Below are positions 18,543 to 28,601 of a stretch of DNA of 64,000 bases, piece after piece. Both the position numbers and the translations under genes were made by a program. The DNA is taken from contig CAYTTA010000004.1 in the NCBI GenBank assembly GCA_964440655.1, positions 30,700 to 94,699 on the forward strand. Reading direction: 5' to 3'. The stretch comes from an uncultured Balneolaceae bacterium. Lineage in GTDB: Bacteria; Bacteroidota; Rhodothermia; Balneolales; Balneolaceae. How positions within the stretch are numbered: position 1 is the stretch's first letter; each line of letters opens with the position of its first letter. The notes below the pieces were generated by a model that saw nothing but the letters and a program-made list of their open reading frames with translations, was not told the origin of the DNA and made no database searches.

Positions 18543-18571
18543 GAAAAAAGGCACGTCAATACAACGTGCCT
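18543..18571 (-). terminator. Rho-independent terminator/attenuator between rpsO and pnp
   Basis: Minus strand reads AAAAGGCACG-TTGTATTGA-CGTGCC followed by TTTTTT. It starts about 18 nt after the rpsO stop, the classic rpsO-pnp position. Confidence 0.7.
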
Positions 18572-18588
18572 TTTCTTGAAAGCCGGTT

Positions 18589-18858
18589 TTATTTACGAAT
18601 GCCGAGTTCCTGGATGAGAGTCCGGTACTTCTCAATATCCGTCTTCATCAGATAGTCCAGAAGGCGACGACGCTTTCCAACCAGAAGCAAAAGTCCTCTC
18701 CTCGAAGCGTGATCTTTTTTGTGCTCTTTCAGATGCCCGGTCAAGTGGTTGATCCGCTCGGTCATGATCGCGATCTGGGCTTCTGTCGATCCCGTGTTTC
18801 CGGAAGATCCGCCAAACTTTTCAATAATTTCTTGTTTTCTTTCCTTCGTCAGAGTCAT
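18589..18858 (-). CDS. rpsO: 30S ribosomal protein S15
   Basis: 89 aa: [16 protein letters not shown]...[33 protein letters not shown]. Confidence 0.95.
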   Translation of the reverse strand: MTLTKERKQEIIEKFGGSSGNTGSTEAQIAIMTERINHLTGHLKEHKKDHASRRGLLLLVGKRRRLLDYLMKTDIEKYRTLIQELGIRK

Positions 18859-18920
18859 TTTATCGTTGCATTAACTGTAGGCTGTTCTTAATAACCCGTC
18901 AAGTTACATCATTTTCATAT

Positions 18921-19868
18921 TTATGGCAATCCATTCCGCTCTTCAAGAAGGTGCCGAGTCGCCTCCCTGTCCCGCTCGATCTGACGGACAAGCTCCTCGG
19001 TGCGGTCAAATTTCTTCTCATCACGGATCCGCTCCACAAAGCGTATTCCGATGGCGGTTCCGTAGAGATCCCCCTTGAAATCGAGCAGATGAACCTCCAG
19101 TGTCTCGCCGGTACCGTGAAAGGTGGGCCGGACACCGATATTCATCATTCCGTTGAAGCCTCCCCGGTCCGTGTCCACCCGCACGGCATAGACACCCGTT
19201 CCGGGAATCACCTTTTCCGGTGAGTCCGGAAGGATGTTCGCGGTGGGAAAGCCGATCGACCGTCCTCTCCCGTCTCCATGCACAACGGTCCCTCTCAACA
19301 GATAGGGCCTTCCGAGCAGACGCGCTGCGAGGGAGACATCACCCTCTTCCTGCAGCGCCCTCCGGATGGCAGAACTGCTGATGGTGTGCACTCCATACTC
19401 CTGCCGGGAGACCACTTCAACCCGGAAACCCAGCTCATTGCCCAGCTTCCGGACGGTCTCGATCGTTCCCTCCCGGTTTTTTCCGAACTGGTGATCATAT
19501 CCGACCACCAGTTCCGATACTCCGATCCGCTCCCACAGCACCTGCTCAATGAACTCACGAGATCCGAGAAGGGAGAAATCACGATCGAACGGGATGACCA
19601 CCATCTCGTCAATTCCCATCTCTGAGAGAAGTTCCGCCCGCTCCTCCAGAGTTGTGAGCAGCCGGATGCCCGGTTCGCCGGGATGGATGATGGATCGGGG
19701 ATGGGGATGAAAGGTGACAACCACACTTCGGGCATTGCGGGCTGCGGCCCGCTCCAGGACACGGGAGACCAGCACACGGTGACCGGTGTGGATTCCGTCA
19801 AACGTGCCGACGGTCACCACAGAGTTATCATCCCGGCGGACATTCTCCAGATGTACAATGCGGCTCAT
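18921..19868 (-). CDS. ribF: bifunctional riboflavin kinase / FMN adenylyltransferase
   Basis: VTVGTFDGIHTGH motif with a riboflavin kinase C-terminal half. The start was set at ATG 19868, which forms an ATGA overlap with the truB stop. Confidence 0.92.
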   Translation of the reverse strand: MSRIVHLENVRRDDNSVVTVGTFDGIHTGHRVLVSRVLERAAARNARSVVVTFHPHPRSIIHPGEPGIRLLTTLEERAELLSEMGIDEMVVIPFDRDFSLLGSREFIEQVLWERIGVSELVVGYDHQFGKNREGTIETVRKLGNELGFRVEVVSRQEYGVHTISSSAIRRALQEEGDVSLAARLLGRPYLLRGTVVHGDGRGRSIGFPTANILPDSPEKVIPGTGVYAVRVDTDRGGFNGMMNIGVRPTFHGTGETLEVHLLDFKGDLYGTAIGIRFVERIRDEKKFDRTEELVRQIERDREATRHLLEERNGLP

Positions 19869-20596
19869 TCGTCCCACTCCCTTATGCTCTCGATGTTCCA
19901 GGCATCGGACAGGTCAAAAATACCGATCGCCGTGCGGCGAAGAAAACTGAGATAGCCCAGCGTGCCAGCAGCTCTTGCCAGATCGTTGGCAAGAGAACGG
20001 ACATAAAATCCTTTTCCGCACCGTACCAGAAGGCGTACCCGCGGGAAGTCGGCTTCGACAATCCGGATTTCATGGAGTTCCACAGGCCGCGATTCCGGCT
20101 CCACATCCACCCCTTTCCGGGCCAGTTCATAGAGCCTTCTCCCCTCTTTCTTGAGTGCGGAGTAGACAGGCGGCACCTGTTGGATCACTCCGCTGAACCG
20201 TTCCCGGATCAGCTCTTCCAGCATCTCTACGGTAAGGTGTTCCCAGGGAGCACTCTCCACGACCGGCGTGCCGGCATCGAAACTGGGTGTGGTGCCGCCG
20301 AAAGTGATCTCGGCCAGATAGGTTTTTTCCATCTCCTGGATCCGGCTGATCGACCGGGTCGCCCTTCCGAAGCAGAGTATCAGCAGACCGGTCGCCAGTG
20401 GATCAAGGGTTCCGGCATGGCCGGTCTTGCGGACACCGATCCTGCGGCGCACAAATTTGACGACATCGAAACTGGTCCACTCGATCGGCTTGTCTACCGG
20501 AATGATCCCCCCTTCTTCCAGAGAGACCGAACCGGGAAACCCGCTCATTCCGTTTCCATAGACGGGAAAATTCTCAAACAGGACCGGACGGGTCAT
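19865..20596 (-). CDS. truB: tRNA pseudouridine(55) synthase
   Basis: 243 aa: GIIPVDKPIEWTSFDVV...GHAGTLDPLATGLL, which contains the catalytic Asp motif. Confidence 0.93.
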   Translation of the reverse strand: MTRPVLFENFPVYGNGMSGFPGSVSLEEGGIIPVDKPIEWTSFDVVKFVRRRIGVRKTGHAGTLDPLATGLLILCFGRATRSISRIQEMEKTYLAEITFGGTTPSFDAGTPVVESAPWEHLTVEMLEELIRERFSGVIQQVPPVYSALKKEGRRLYELARKGVDVEPESRPVELHEIRIVEADFPRVRLLVRCGKGFYVRSLANDLARAAGTLGYLSFLRRTAIGIFDLSDAWNIESIREWDE

Positions 20597-20602
20597 GTGG
20601 GC

Positions 20603-21082
20603 CTACTCCTCCCCACTCTTCTCTTGGCCTTCTCCTCTCGGCTCCTCTCCCTCTTCTCCTCTCGGCTCCTCTCCCCCTTCCGGACCCTTTTCATCTCCTT
20701 CATCCTCCGTTCCGGCATCCGGAAGATTGCGGCTCTTCCTCTCCTCCTCAATCTTGCTGAAGAGGGACTCGATCCGGCTCACATATTCGGCCGAATCATC
20801 CATATGAAAAAGAATTTCAGGAATTCTCCGGACCTGATGACGGATACGAGTGGCCAGTTCATATCGGATCTCGGCGGTGTGATCCTCGATATTCTGGAAC
20901 ACCGAGTCGACGTTGCGCCCCGGGGCGAGGATACTGATATAAGCCCGGGCAATGGAGAGATCCGGTGAGACCCGGATTCCGGTCACCGTGATGATGCTCC
21001 CTTCCGTCTGATATTTCTGCTGCAGGATCTCACCAAGATCCCGCTGGATGACGGCGCCCAAACGTTCGGTCCGAATGCTCAT
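20603..21082 (-). CDS. rbfA: ribosome-binding factor A with an acidic repeat tail
   Basis: RbfA core (RTERLGAVIQRDLGEIL...P.L.F). The C-terminal tail GEEPRGEEGEEPRGEG is encoded by a 20-nt direct repeat at 20631-20650 and 20655-20674. Confidence 0.9.
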   Translation of the reverse strand: MSIRTERLGAVIQRDLGEILQQKYQTEGSIITVTGIRVSPDLSIARAYISILAPGRNVDSVFQNIEDHTAEIRYELATRIRHQVRRIPEILFHMDDSAEYVSRIESLFSKIEEERKSRNLPDAGTEDEGDEKGPEGGEEPRGEEGEEPRGEGQEKSGEE

Positions 21083-21096
21083 GGTCTTCCCTTATC

Positions 21097-23946
21097 TCAG
21101 TGAGGGTTGGCATCCTCGAGTTTTCTCTTCTCCTCGACGATCTCATAGCATTCGATCTCGTCGCCCACCTTGATATCGTTGTATCCGGCGATGCTGATTC
21201 CGCACTCGTAGCCGGCCGAAACTTCGCGGACATCGTCCTTGAACCGTCTCAGGGTATCTATCTCCCCGTCGAAGATCACCACTCCGTCGCGGATCACCCG
21301 GATCGGCTGGTTGCGATGAATCTTCCCTTCGGTCACATAGCAGCCGCCAATGGTTCCGACGCGGGAAACCCTGAAGATCTCCCGTACTTCGGCAATCCCC
21401 AGCATCTCCTCCCGGATCTCCGGACTGAGCATTCCTTCGAGCGCATCCCGCACCTCATCAACCGCATCGTAGATGACGCTGAAGAGGCGGATATCGATAT
21501 CCTCCTGCTCGGCCAGCTTCCGTGCCCCGGCTGTGGGCCGGACCTGGAATCCGATGATGATTCCGTCGGAGGCGGATGCAAGAAGCACGTCGGATTCGGT
21601 GATCGCTCCGGATCCGGTGTGGATGATCTTGACAGCCACTTCATCGGTACTGAGTTTCTGCAGTGCACCGGAAAGTGCCTCGATCGAGCCGTCCACATCG
21701 GCCTTGATGATAAGGTTGAGTTCAGAGATCTCACCCAGTGCCATCCTTCTGGAGAGCTCATCCAGAGTGAGGTGTTTAACCGATCTGAGGGCCTGCTCCC
21801 TGCGGATCTGCTGCCGCTGGACGGCGATCTCCTTGGCTGTCTTTTCATCTCTGGGAACGATCAGCCTGTCTCCAGCCTGGGGAATGTCATCAAAGCCCAT
21901 AAGCTGAATGGGAGTGGAGGGGCCGGCTTCCTCCAGTCGTTTTCCTTTTTCGTTCTCCATTGCGCGGACTCTTCCGAATGCGGCACCGGCCACAAAGGGA
22001 TCCCCGATACGGAGGGTTCCGTTCTGGATAAGGACATTGGCCACGGTCCCTTTCCCCTTGTCCACCCGCGAGTCGAGGACGACCCCGGTGGCACGGCGGT
22101 TGGGATTGGCCTTCAGTTCCATCAGTTCCGCCTCGATCAGGACCTTCTCCAGCAGCTCCTCGATCCCGAATCCGGTCAGGGCAGAGACCTCCGCACATTG
22201 GGTGGTTCCACCGTACTCCTCGACGATCACCCCCTGTTCAGCCAGCTGCTGCTTGATCTTGTCCGGATTGGCGGTCGGCTTGTCAACTTTGTTGATCGCC
22301 ACCACGATGGGCACACCGGCCGCTTTCGAGTGGTTGATCGCCTCCACGGTCTGGGGCATCACCGAATCGTCGGCTGCAACGACCAGAATAACAATATCCG
22401 TTGCCTGTGCACCCCGGCTCCTCATGGCGGTGAACGCCTCGTGGCCCGGAGTATCCAGGAAAGTGATCTTCCGTCCATCGGACGTTTTCACCGCATAGGC
22501 ACCCACATGCTGGGTGATCCCGCCGGCCTCCCCGGCCGCCACCTTGCTCTCCCGGATATGGTCAAGCAGCGAGGTCTTTCCGTGGTCGACGTGCCCCATC
22601 ACTGTGATGATGGGGGCTCTCGGAATGAGATCTTCCGGATCATCCTCCTCTTCCTCGATCTCGTCGATCATCTCGTCGGCATCGATAAACTCAACCTCCT
22701 TGCCGAACTCCTCGGCAACCAGCTCGATCGTCGCCGCATCGAGTCTCTGGTTGATCGAGACCATGATGCCAAGGGTCATGCAGGTGGTGATCACCGCGGT
22801 GGGACTGACGTCCAGCAGGTCGGCCAGATCACTTACTGTGATAAACTCGGACACTTCAAGGACCGCATCTTCCTGCTGAGCCTCCAGATGGAGAAGTTCC
22901 TCTTCCCTCTCTTCACGCCGCTGGCGTCGTCGTTTCTGTCGGCGGCTTCCGGCTGTACCTGCAGACTGCATCATCTGCATGGTCTCTCTCATTTTCTTCT
23001 CGACATCCTCCTCGTCGACCCCGACAGCCCTTCCTTTTCGTTTCTTTTTGCCTTTGGCCGGTTCGGCGGACTTTCGCTTGCTTTCTGCCGCCGGTGCTGC
23101 CGCCTGCTTCTCCTCTTCAGGGTCGCGATCCTTGCGCCGTTTCCGTTTCTTGAGTTTTCTTCCGGTCTCCTCTGTAGTGAAGGTGACTTTTCCGATCACC
23201 TTCGTCCCTTTCAGACGGGTGGCTGTTCCGCGGATCACGGACTCTTTCTCCTCATCCTCCTCCTCGACCTTCTCCGTCTCGTTGTCGGATTCCCCGGCTT
23301 CGGCATGAGCAGCGGCTGCCGCGGCAGGCACTTCCTCACTCTCAGGTTCCGGAGCGGGAGTTTCCTCTGCGGAGGCAACCTCTGCTGCCCTCTCTGCGGG
23401 CTCGGCCGGCTCTTCCGTCTCCTCAGCCTCCATCTCTTCCTGCGCTTCCTGCGGTGCAGCTTCCACGCTCTCTGCGGACTCCGAAACATCAGGGATGGCA
23501 GCGGCTTCGGTGGGCAGCGGCTCTTCACTCTCTTCCGGCCCCTCATCCACCGCTTCCAGATCCATCGGTTCCAGAAGATCCTCCTCCGGCATGATCAGTT
23601 CCTCCGGACCGGCTGTTCGCGGCTCCGGTTTTTCATCGAGGGGTTCCAGGGGAATGTCGTCGAGAGGCTCCAGAAAATGATCGATCGTCACGCTCTCATT
23701 GCGCTGCGACAGGATCTGATTTCGACGTGATTCATACTCTTCTCTCGTTCTTTCCTGCTCAAGGCTTCTCTCCTTGTCCTTTCCGTAGAGATCGTCCAGA
23801 ACCTGATACATTTCCGGCGTAACCCGGCTGTTGGGTTTGTTGGAGATCTCAAACCCCGCCGATGCCAGTGCATCGACGATCGTCTGCGTGGTTACATTAA
23901 ATTCCGAAGCGACTTTAAAGAGCTTTTTCGGTTTGCTTTCTGTCAT
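21097..23946 (-). CDS. infB: translation initiation factor IF-2
   Basis: 949 aa. It has an acidic then basic low-complexity N-terminal region, a GTPase domain (VMGHVDHGKTSLLD, DTPGHEAF, NKVD) and C-terminal domains. Confidence 0.97.
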   Translation of the reverse strand: MTESKPKKLFKVASEFNVTTQTIVDALASAGFEISNKPNSRVTPEMYQVLDDLYGKDKERSLEQERTREEYESRRNQILSQRNESVTIDHFLEPLDDIPLEPLDEKPEPRTAGPEELIMPEEDLLEPMDLEAVDEGPEESEEPLPTEAAAIPDVSESAESVEAAPQEAQEEMEAEETEEPAEPAERAAEVASAEETPAPEPESEEVPAAAAAAHAEAGESDNETEKVEEEDEEKESVIRGTATRLKGTKVIGKVTFTTEETGRKLKKRKRRKDRDPEEEKQAAAPAAESKRKSAEPAKGKKKRKGRAVGVDEEDVEKKMRETMQMMQSAGTAGSRRQKRRRQRREEREEELLHLEAQQEDAVLEVSEFITVSDLADLLDVSPTAVITTCMTLGIMVSINQRLDAATIELVAEEFGKEVEFIDADEMIDEIEEEEDDPEDLIPRAPIITVMGHVDHGKTSLLDHIRESKVAAGEAGGITQHVGAYAVKTSDGRKITFLDTPGHEAFTAMRSRGAQATDIVILVVAADDSVMPQTVEAINHSKAAGVPIVVAINKVDKPTANPDKIKQQLAEQGVIVEEYGGTTQCAEVSALTGFGIEELLEKVLIEAELMELKANPNRRATGVVLDSRVDKGKGTVANVLIQNGTLRIGDPFVAGAAFGRVRAMENEKGKRLEEAGPSTPIQLMGFDDIPQAGDRLIVPRDEKTAKEIAVQRQQIRREQALRSVKHLTLDELSRRMALGEISELNLIIKADVDGSIEALSGALQKLSTDEVAVKIIHTGSGAITESDVLLASASDGIIIGFQVRPTAGARKLAEQEDIDIRLFSVIYDAVDEVRDALEGMLSPEIREEMLGIAEVREIFRVSRVGTIGGCYVTEGKIHRNQPIRVIRDGVVIFDGEIDTLRRFKDDVREVSAGYECGISIAGYNDIKVGDEIECYEIVEEKRKLEDANPH

Positions 23947-24149
23947 ACTGTATCAGGTAATTCAACTCTGTCTGTTCTGCGCGCAAACCCACTCTTTCTG
24001 GTCAGGTAGCGGGAGTGCTGTCTCGGGGATCTACCATATGGAATGATAGGCCGGGTCGTTTACCGGCGTGCGCAATTTCCATCCCGCTTCCGCTCAGGTC
24101 CTGACCAAAAAGTGCCGGTTCCGGAAGACCCGGATGGTGTAAGTTACAA

Positions 24150-25406
24150 TCAATCCTGGTCGTCCTCAAATTCATAGGAGATGATGTCCATGATCTTCTC
24201 CGCCTCCTCGCGGGTGATCTTCCCTTCGGTTCGGCTCACCAGTTCATCCTCATTGAGGGCCAGTACCGCACGTGCGGTATCCAGTCCGATCTCATGGAGC
24301 ATCCGGATGGTTTCGGCACCGAAATCGACCTCGAATTCATCCAGATCGATATCATCCTCTTCGTCCACCTCCCGGTAGACGTCGATCTCACAGTCGGTCA
24401 GCCGGGAAGCCAGACGGATGTTGACTCCCCCCTTTCCGATCGCCTTGGAGACCTCATCGGCGGGGACCAGCACGTTGGCATGCCTTCCGTCCTCGCTCAG
24501 CTCCACTTTCAGGACCGTTGCCGGCTGAAGAGCCCGCTTGATGAACTCCACCTTGTCGTCGGTGTAGTTGATCACATCGATGTTCTCATTCTGCAGTTCA
24601 CGGACAATGGCGTGGATTCGCACCCCTTTCATCCCTACACAGGCCCCTACAGGATCGACCCGCTCATCGTGGGACATGACCGCCACCTTGGAGCGGTCTC
24701 CCGGTTCCCTGGCGATCTTCACGATTTCAATAATACCGTCGAACACTTCAGGGATCTCGTTCTCAAAGAGCCGCTCCAGGAAAAGCGGGGAAGTACGCGA
24801 GATGATGACGGTCGGATTGCCGTTGTGACGTTTCACCTCCACGACAACCGCACGGATGGTATCCCCTTTCCGGTAGCGGTCCTTGTAGATCTGCTCGCTC
24901 TTGGGCATGACCAGTTCCACGCCGTTGTGATTTACCAGCATGTCCCGGTTCCGTACCTGGTAGACATCTCCCAGAATGATCTCTCCGACCCGTTCGGAGT
25001 ACTCTTCAAAAATGTTGTCCTTTTCGATCTCCCGGATCCGCTGGGTCAGCTGCTGGTGTGCCATGGTGACCGTTCTGCGGTCGAAATCGGCAAGCTGGAC
25101 CTCCTGGGCGAACTCGTCATATAGCTCAATGTCGGGATCGATCTTGCGGGCATCTTCAAGCGAAATTTCAGAAACCGGATTGATCAGCTCTTCCGCCGGT
25201 ACCACTTCACGGATATGCCAGATCTGGATTTCTCCCCGGTCGGGGTTGAGAATGACCTGAAAACTCTCGTCCGATCCATATTTCTTCCGGATCATGGTCC
25301 GGAAAACGTCCTCCAGAATGGTCAGCAACAGATCCCGGTCAATATCCTTGTCTTTGGCAATCTCGGCAAAAGACTGAACAATCAGTTTTGAAATGTCATT
25401 CTGCAT
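24150..25406 (-). CDS. nusA: transcription termination/antitermination factor NusA
   Basis: 418 aa with an N-terminal domain, an S1 domain, two KH domains (GACVGMKGVRI and AIGKGGVNIRLA) and an acidic tail. Confidence 0.97.
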   Translation of the reverse strand: MQNDISKLIVQSFAEIAKDKDIDRDLLLTILEDVFRTMIRKKYGSDESFQVILNPDRGEIQIWHIREVVPAEELINPVSEISLEDARKIDPDIELYDEFAQEVQLADFDRRTVTMAHQQLTQRIREIEKDNIFEEYSERVGEIILGDVYQVRNRDMLVNHNGVELVMPKSEQIYKDRYRKGDTIRAVVVEVKRHNGNPTVIISRTSPLFLERLFENEIPEVFDGIIEIVKIAREPGDRSKVAVMSHDERVDPVGACVGMKGVRIHAIVRELQNENIDVINYTDDKVEFIKRALQPATVLKVELSEDGRHANVLVPADEVSKAIGKGGVNIRLASRLTDCEIDVYREVDEEDDIDLDEFEVDFGAETIRMLHEIGLDTARAVLALNEDELVSRTEGKITREEAEKIMDIISYEFEDDQD

Positions 25407-25436
25407 CTGGAAACCCTGTTTAAGCTGCTGTTGCGA

Positions 25437-25916
25437 CTATATTTTGGGGATGATCTTCGCCTCTTCGATCTGGTCAAACCGGACGGTGGCATCGCCCTTT
25501 CCGGACCGGATCATCAGTTCCTCCTCCCTCACCTCTTCCAGTATCCCCTCCAGCTTCTCATACCCGTCCTCTCCGCGGTAGCGCACCCGAATGGTCCTCC
25601 CTTTGTTTTTCGGATACTGCCTGCGGTCCGTCAGGGGCCTGCTCAATCCTGGTGAGGAGACGTTGAGCCGGTATCCGGACGGATAAACTTCATGGGCATC
25701 GAGCACAAATCCCAGTTCCCGGCTGACCCGGGTACAGGCGTCAAGGCCGACATTCTGTTTTTCAGAATCGATATAGATCCAGAGGATGGTCTCTTTGCCC
25801 CTCTTCTCCTCGACATCCACAAGAAACAGATCCTCTTGCTCCACAATGGGTTCGGCAAGATTCCTGATCAAATCTATCTGACTCCTGTCCATGTCGTGGT
25901 CTGTTTTCAGGTACAA
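25437..25916 (-). CDS. rimP: ribosome maturation factor RimP
   Basis: 159 aa located immediately upstream of nusA, with RimP-like LVDVEE...SSPGLSRPL motifs. An alternative start is at ATG 25892. Confidence 0.85.
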   Translation of the reverse strand: MYLKTDHDMDRSQIDLIRNLAEPIVEQEDLFLVDVEEKRGKETILWIYIDSEKQNVGLDACTRVSRELGFVLDAHEVYPSGYRLNVSSPGLSRPLTDRRQYPKNKGRTIRVRYRGEDGYEKLEGILEEVREEELMIRSGKGDATVRFDQIEEAKIIPKI

Positions 25917-26063
25917 AAAAAAGCGAGAACCTTCCGGCGCTCACTCCAGTAAACTAAAATAGCCTGAATCATGGAGAATAACAAGACACCGTGCCAGTGA
26001 TTAAACGGACAGATTTCCATATTATGATAACGTTGATCCCATGAAACCATCCTCCGATTCCTT

Positions 26064-26576
26064 ATGTCCAGGTCTCCTGTTTCTTTCAAATTCTTTCTGA
26101 TGACGGGTCTTGCTCTGGTGCTCATCTCTGCGGGCTGTTCGGACGACAGAAGCGTGCGGCCGGAGCCTGAAAAAAGGGGAAGAGAGCTGGATTACACCGC
26201 ACGGATCATCTTTCAGGACTCCGACGGGCAGGAAGTCGCCACGCTCAGGGCTGCCGTTGCGGAGGATGATGCGTCTCGTTCCACCGGTCTGATGGAGGTC
26301 TACGATATGCCGGCCGACGCAGGCATGCTCTTCATCTTTCCGGACGAGGAGCCGCGAAGCTTCTGGATGGCCAATACACCCCTGCCGCTCGATATCATCT
26401 TTGTCAATGCCCGGAGAGAGATTGTCCGGATCCATCCCGATGCCCGTCCCTTTACCGACCGAAACATTCTCTCCCACTCCCCTGCCATGTATGTGGTGGA
26501 AGCTCATGCCGGATATGCCATGCAGCATGACATCCTGGAAGGGATGACGATCCGGATCGAACGGAATGGAGAGTGA
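26064..26576 (+). CDS. DUF192 domain lipoprotein
   Basis: 170 aa with a lipobox (LISAGC) and the DUF192-like pattern GLMEV..MP.DAGMLFIF....FWMANTPLPLDIIF. Confidence 0.7.
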   Translation: MSRSPVSFKFFLMTGLALVLISAGCSDDRSVRPEPEKRGRELDYTARIIFQDSDGQEVATLRAAVAEDDASRSTGLMEVYDMPADAGMLFIFPDEEPRSFWMANTPLPLDIIFVNARREIVRIHPDARPFTDRNILSHSPAMYVVEAHAGYAMQHDILEGMTIRIERNGE

Positions 26577-26625
26577 ATGGCCCTCTTCCTGAGAAGAGAG
26601 ATCCGGATGAAACGGACTGAAAAAA

Positions 26626-27666
26626 CTACGCCTTTACGGTCTTGTCTTCGGGAGTCTGCTCCTCGTCCATCTCCAGAAATTCCATCGCCTTGAGCACGTT
26701 CTGCCGTGATCCGATATAGATGGGTGTGGTCTGATGGATTGTATCGGGCCGGATCTCCATGATCCGTCTTTTTCCATCCACCGCCATCCCTCCCGCCTGT
26801 TCGATGATGAAGCTGAGCGGATTGCACTCATACATCAGACGCAGCTTTCCGTTCGGGTAGCGGCTGCTGGCCGGGTAGATGAAAATACCGCCCTGCATCA
26901 GCGTCCTGTGGATGTCGGCCACCATGGAGCCGATGTAGCGTGCCTTGTAGGGACGCTGTTCGGAGGGATCCTCCTTCTGGCAATATTTGATGTACTTTTT
27001 CAGGCCAGCCGACCAGGAGTTGTAGCTCCCTTCATTGATGCTGTAGATGGAACCGTGATCCGGAATCCGGACCTTCTTTTCCGCCAGGATGAACTCTCCG
27101 ATACTGGGATCGAGCGTAAAGTAGCTCACACCCATGCCGGTTGTGTAGGCCAGGATGGTGCTGGAACCGTAGAGGACATAGCCGGCCGCCACCTGGCGGA
27201 TCCCCTTCTGAAGAGCATCCTTCTCTCTGAGCTTGCCGTTGTAGATGGTGGGTCTCATGTAGATGGAGAAGATGCTTCCCACCGAGACGTTCACATCGAT
27301 GTTGCTCGATCCGTCCAGCGGGTCAAGATAGACGATATACTTGCCTCCCTGATGATTCAGGCGGACCACGCCGTCGTTCTCCTCCGAGATGACCATGCAG
27401 GTGATGAGCGAGCGGTCCAGCGCCGATATAAGCTGCTGGTCCGCGAACCGGTCCAGCTTCTTGACCGATTCACCGTGAACATTCTGGGATCCTTCACTGC
27501 CGAGAATATTGGTTATTCCGGCCTGACGAACCTCTCTTGAGATGATTTTGGCCGCAAGTCCGATGTCCCGCAACAACTGGGAAAGTTCGCCGGTTGCTCC
27601 GGGAAAGCGGTTCTGAGACTGAATGATGTTCTCTTCAAGAGTGATAAGCTGTTTGGGACGAATCAT
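26626..27666 (-). CDS. fbp: class 1 fructose-1,6-bisphosphatase
   Basis: 346 aa: GELSQLLRDIGLAAKIISREV, ISEEND, LDPLDGSSNIDVNVSVGSIF and GKLRLMYECNPLSFIIEQAGG. Confidence 0.93.
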   Translation of the reverse strand: MIRPKQLITLEENIIQSQNRFPGATGELSQLLRDIGLAAKIISREVRQAGITNILGSEGSQNVHGESVKKLDRFADQQLISALDRSLITCMVISEENDGVVRLNHQGGKYIVYLDPLDGSSNIDVNVSVGSIFSIYMRPTIYNGKLREKDALQKGIRQVAAGYVLYGSSTILAYTTGMGVSYFTLDPSIGEFILAEKKVRIPDHGSIYSINEGSYNSWSAGLKKYIKYCQKEDPSEQRPYKARYIGSMVADIHRTLMQGGIFIYPASSRYPNGKLRLMYECNPLSFIIEQAGGMAVDGKRRIMEIRPDTIHQTTPIYIGSRQNVLKAMEFLEMDEEQTPEDKTVKA

Positions 27667-27986
27667 CTGTCTGATCTGTTCTGATCTGTCGCGTTTGTTT
27701 CCCGGTCTGTCCGTAAAGAGTAAAGAGCTGTCCGCAAAGAACGGAAAGAAGCAAAGCTGAAAGTTCCGGTTCCCGTTCCGGCCCGGAATCTGCAGGTGCG
27801 GAACCGTTTACCGCACCCTGCCGCTCCCTCCGGGCCGGAGTCCCGGCAAGATACGAAACCGTTACCAAAGAAGACCGCTGAATGCGCATCCGCAGCCTCT
27901 CCCCCTGCAGGGAATCAGCAGCCTTACTCAGGAGAACTCACTTGGGGCCCGCTTTGCCTCCTACGGTCCGGATCGGTCCTTTTCGG

Positions 27987-28601
27987 TTATTTCCTTTCGG
28001 TCTTGCCTTTCCGCCGGATCATCTCATGCCAGACCTCACGCGCTTTCTGTTCCAGCTCCGCCCGGCTTCCATTGTTGTCGATGATGAAATCGCTCCACTT
28101 GCGAAGCTCTTCGGGCGGTTTCTGCTTCTGCATTCTCGACAGGACCGCATCGGATGAAACTCCGTCTCTTTCCATCACCCGCTGCAACCGCTGCTGCGGA
28201 TCGGCCTCCACCAGAACGATGAAATCGAAGAGGTCGGGGCGGCCACGGTCCAGAAGCAGGGCAGCCTCTTCCACAAACATGGTCTCCCCTCTCTCTTCCG
28301 CTTCCCGGATCTTCTGCCGTATACTCCGGATAACCGCCGGATGGACCAGAGCGTTCAATTTGCCCACCTCTCCCCTCTGGAAAGCCGCCTCGGCAAGCCA
28401 AGAGCGGTTAAGGGTGCCATCCTCCCGGTAGGCCTGCCCGCCAAAGGCGGAACGGATCGCCGAAACAAGCTCCGGGTCGGTGACCATCAGCTCCTTGGCC
28501 AGATCGTCGGCATAGACCACCACCGCTCCCATCTCTTCCCAGATTTTACAGACGGTACTCTTTCCGCTTCCGATACCGCCCGTGATTCCGACCTTGATCA
28601 C
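27987..28601 (-). CDS. coaE: dephospho-CoA kinase
   Basis: The CoaE sequence begins VIKVGITGGIGSGKSTV. A GTG start at 28601 overlaps the prfB TGA (GTGA). The ORF-track ATG at 28898 would lie inside prfB. Confidence 0.85.
   Translation of the reverse strand: MIKVGITGGIGSGKSTVCKIWEEMGAVVVYADDLAKELMVTDPELVSAIRSAFGGQAYREDGTLNRSWLAEAAFQRGEVGKLNALVHPAVIRSIRQKIREAEERGETMFVEEAALLLDRGRPDLFDFIVLVEADPQQRLQRVMERDGVSSDAVLSRMQKQKPPEELRKWSDFIIDNNGSRAELEQKAREVWHEMIRRKGKTERK

Noticed and set aside
21100-23730. 876-aa ORF on the plus strand
   Set aside because: It lies entirely antisense to infB, whose product is unmistakable. Its translation is low-complexity (Leu/Arg/Gly/Asp-rich) with no motifs. This is the typical stop-poor antisense frame of a GC-rich gene.
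25917-26063. The region upstream of rimP, checked for the tRNA-Met (metY) that precedes rimP-nusA in some bacteria
   Set aside because: No tRNA-like acceptor or T-arm sequence is present.
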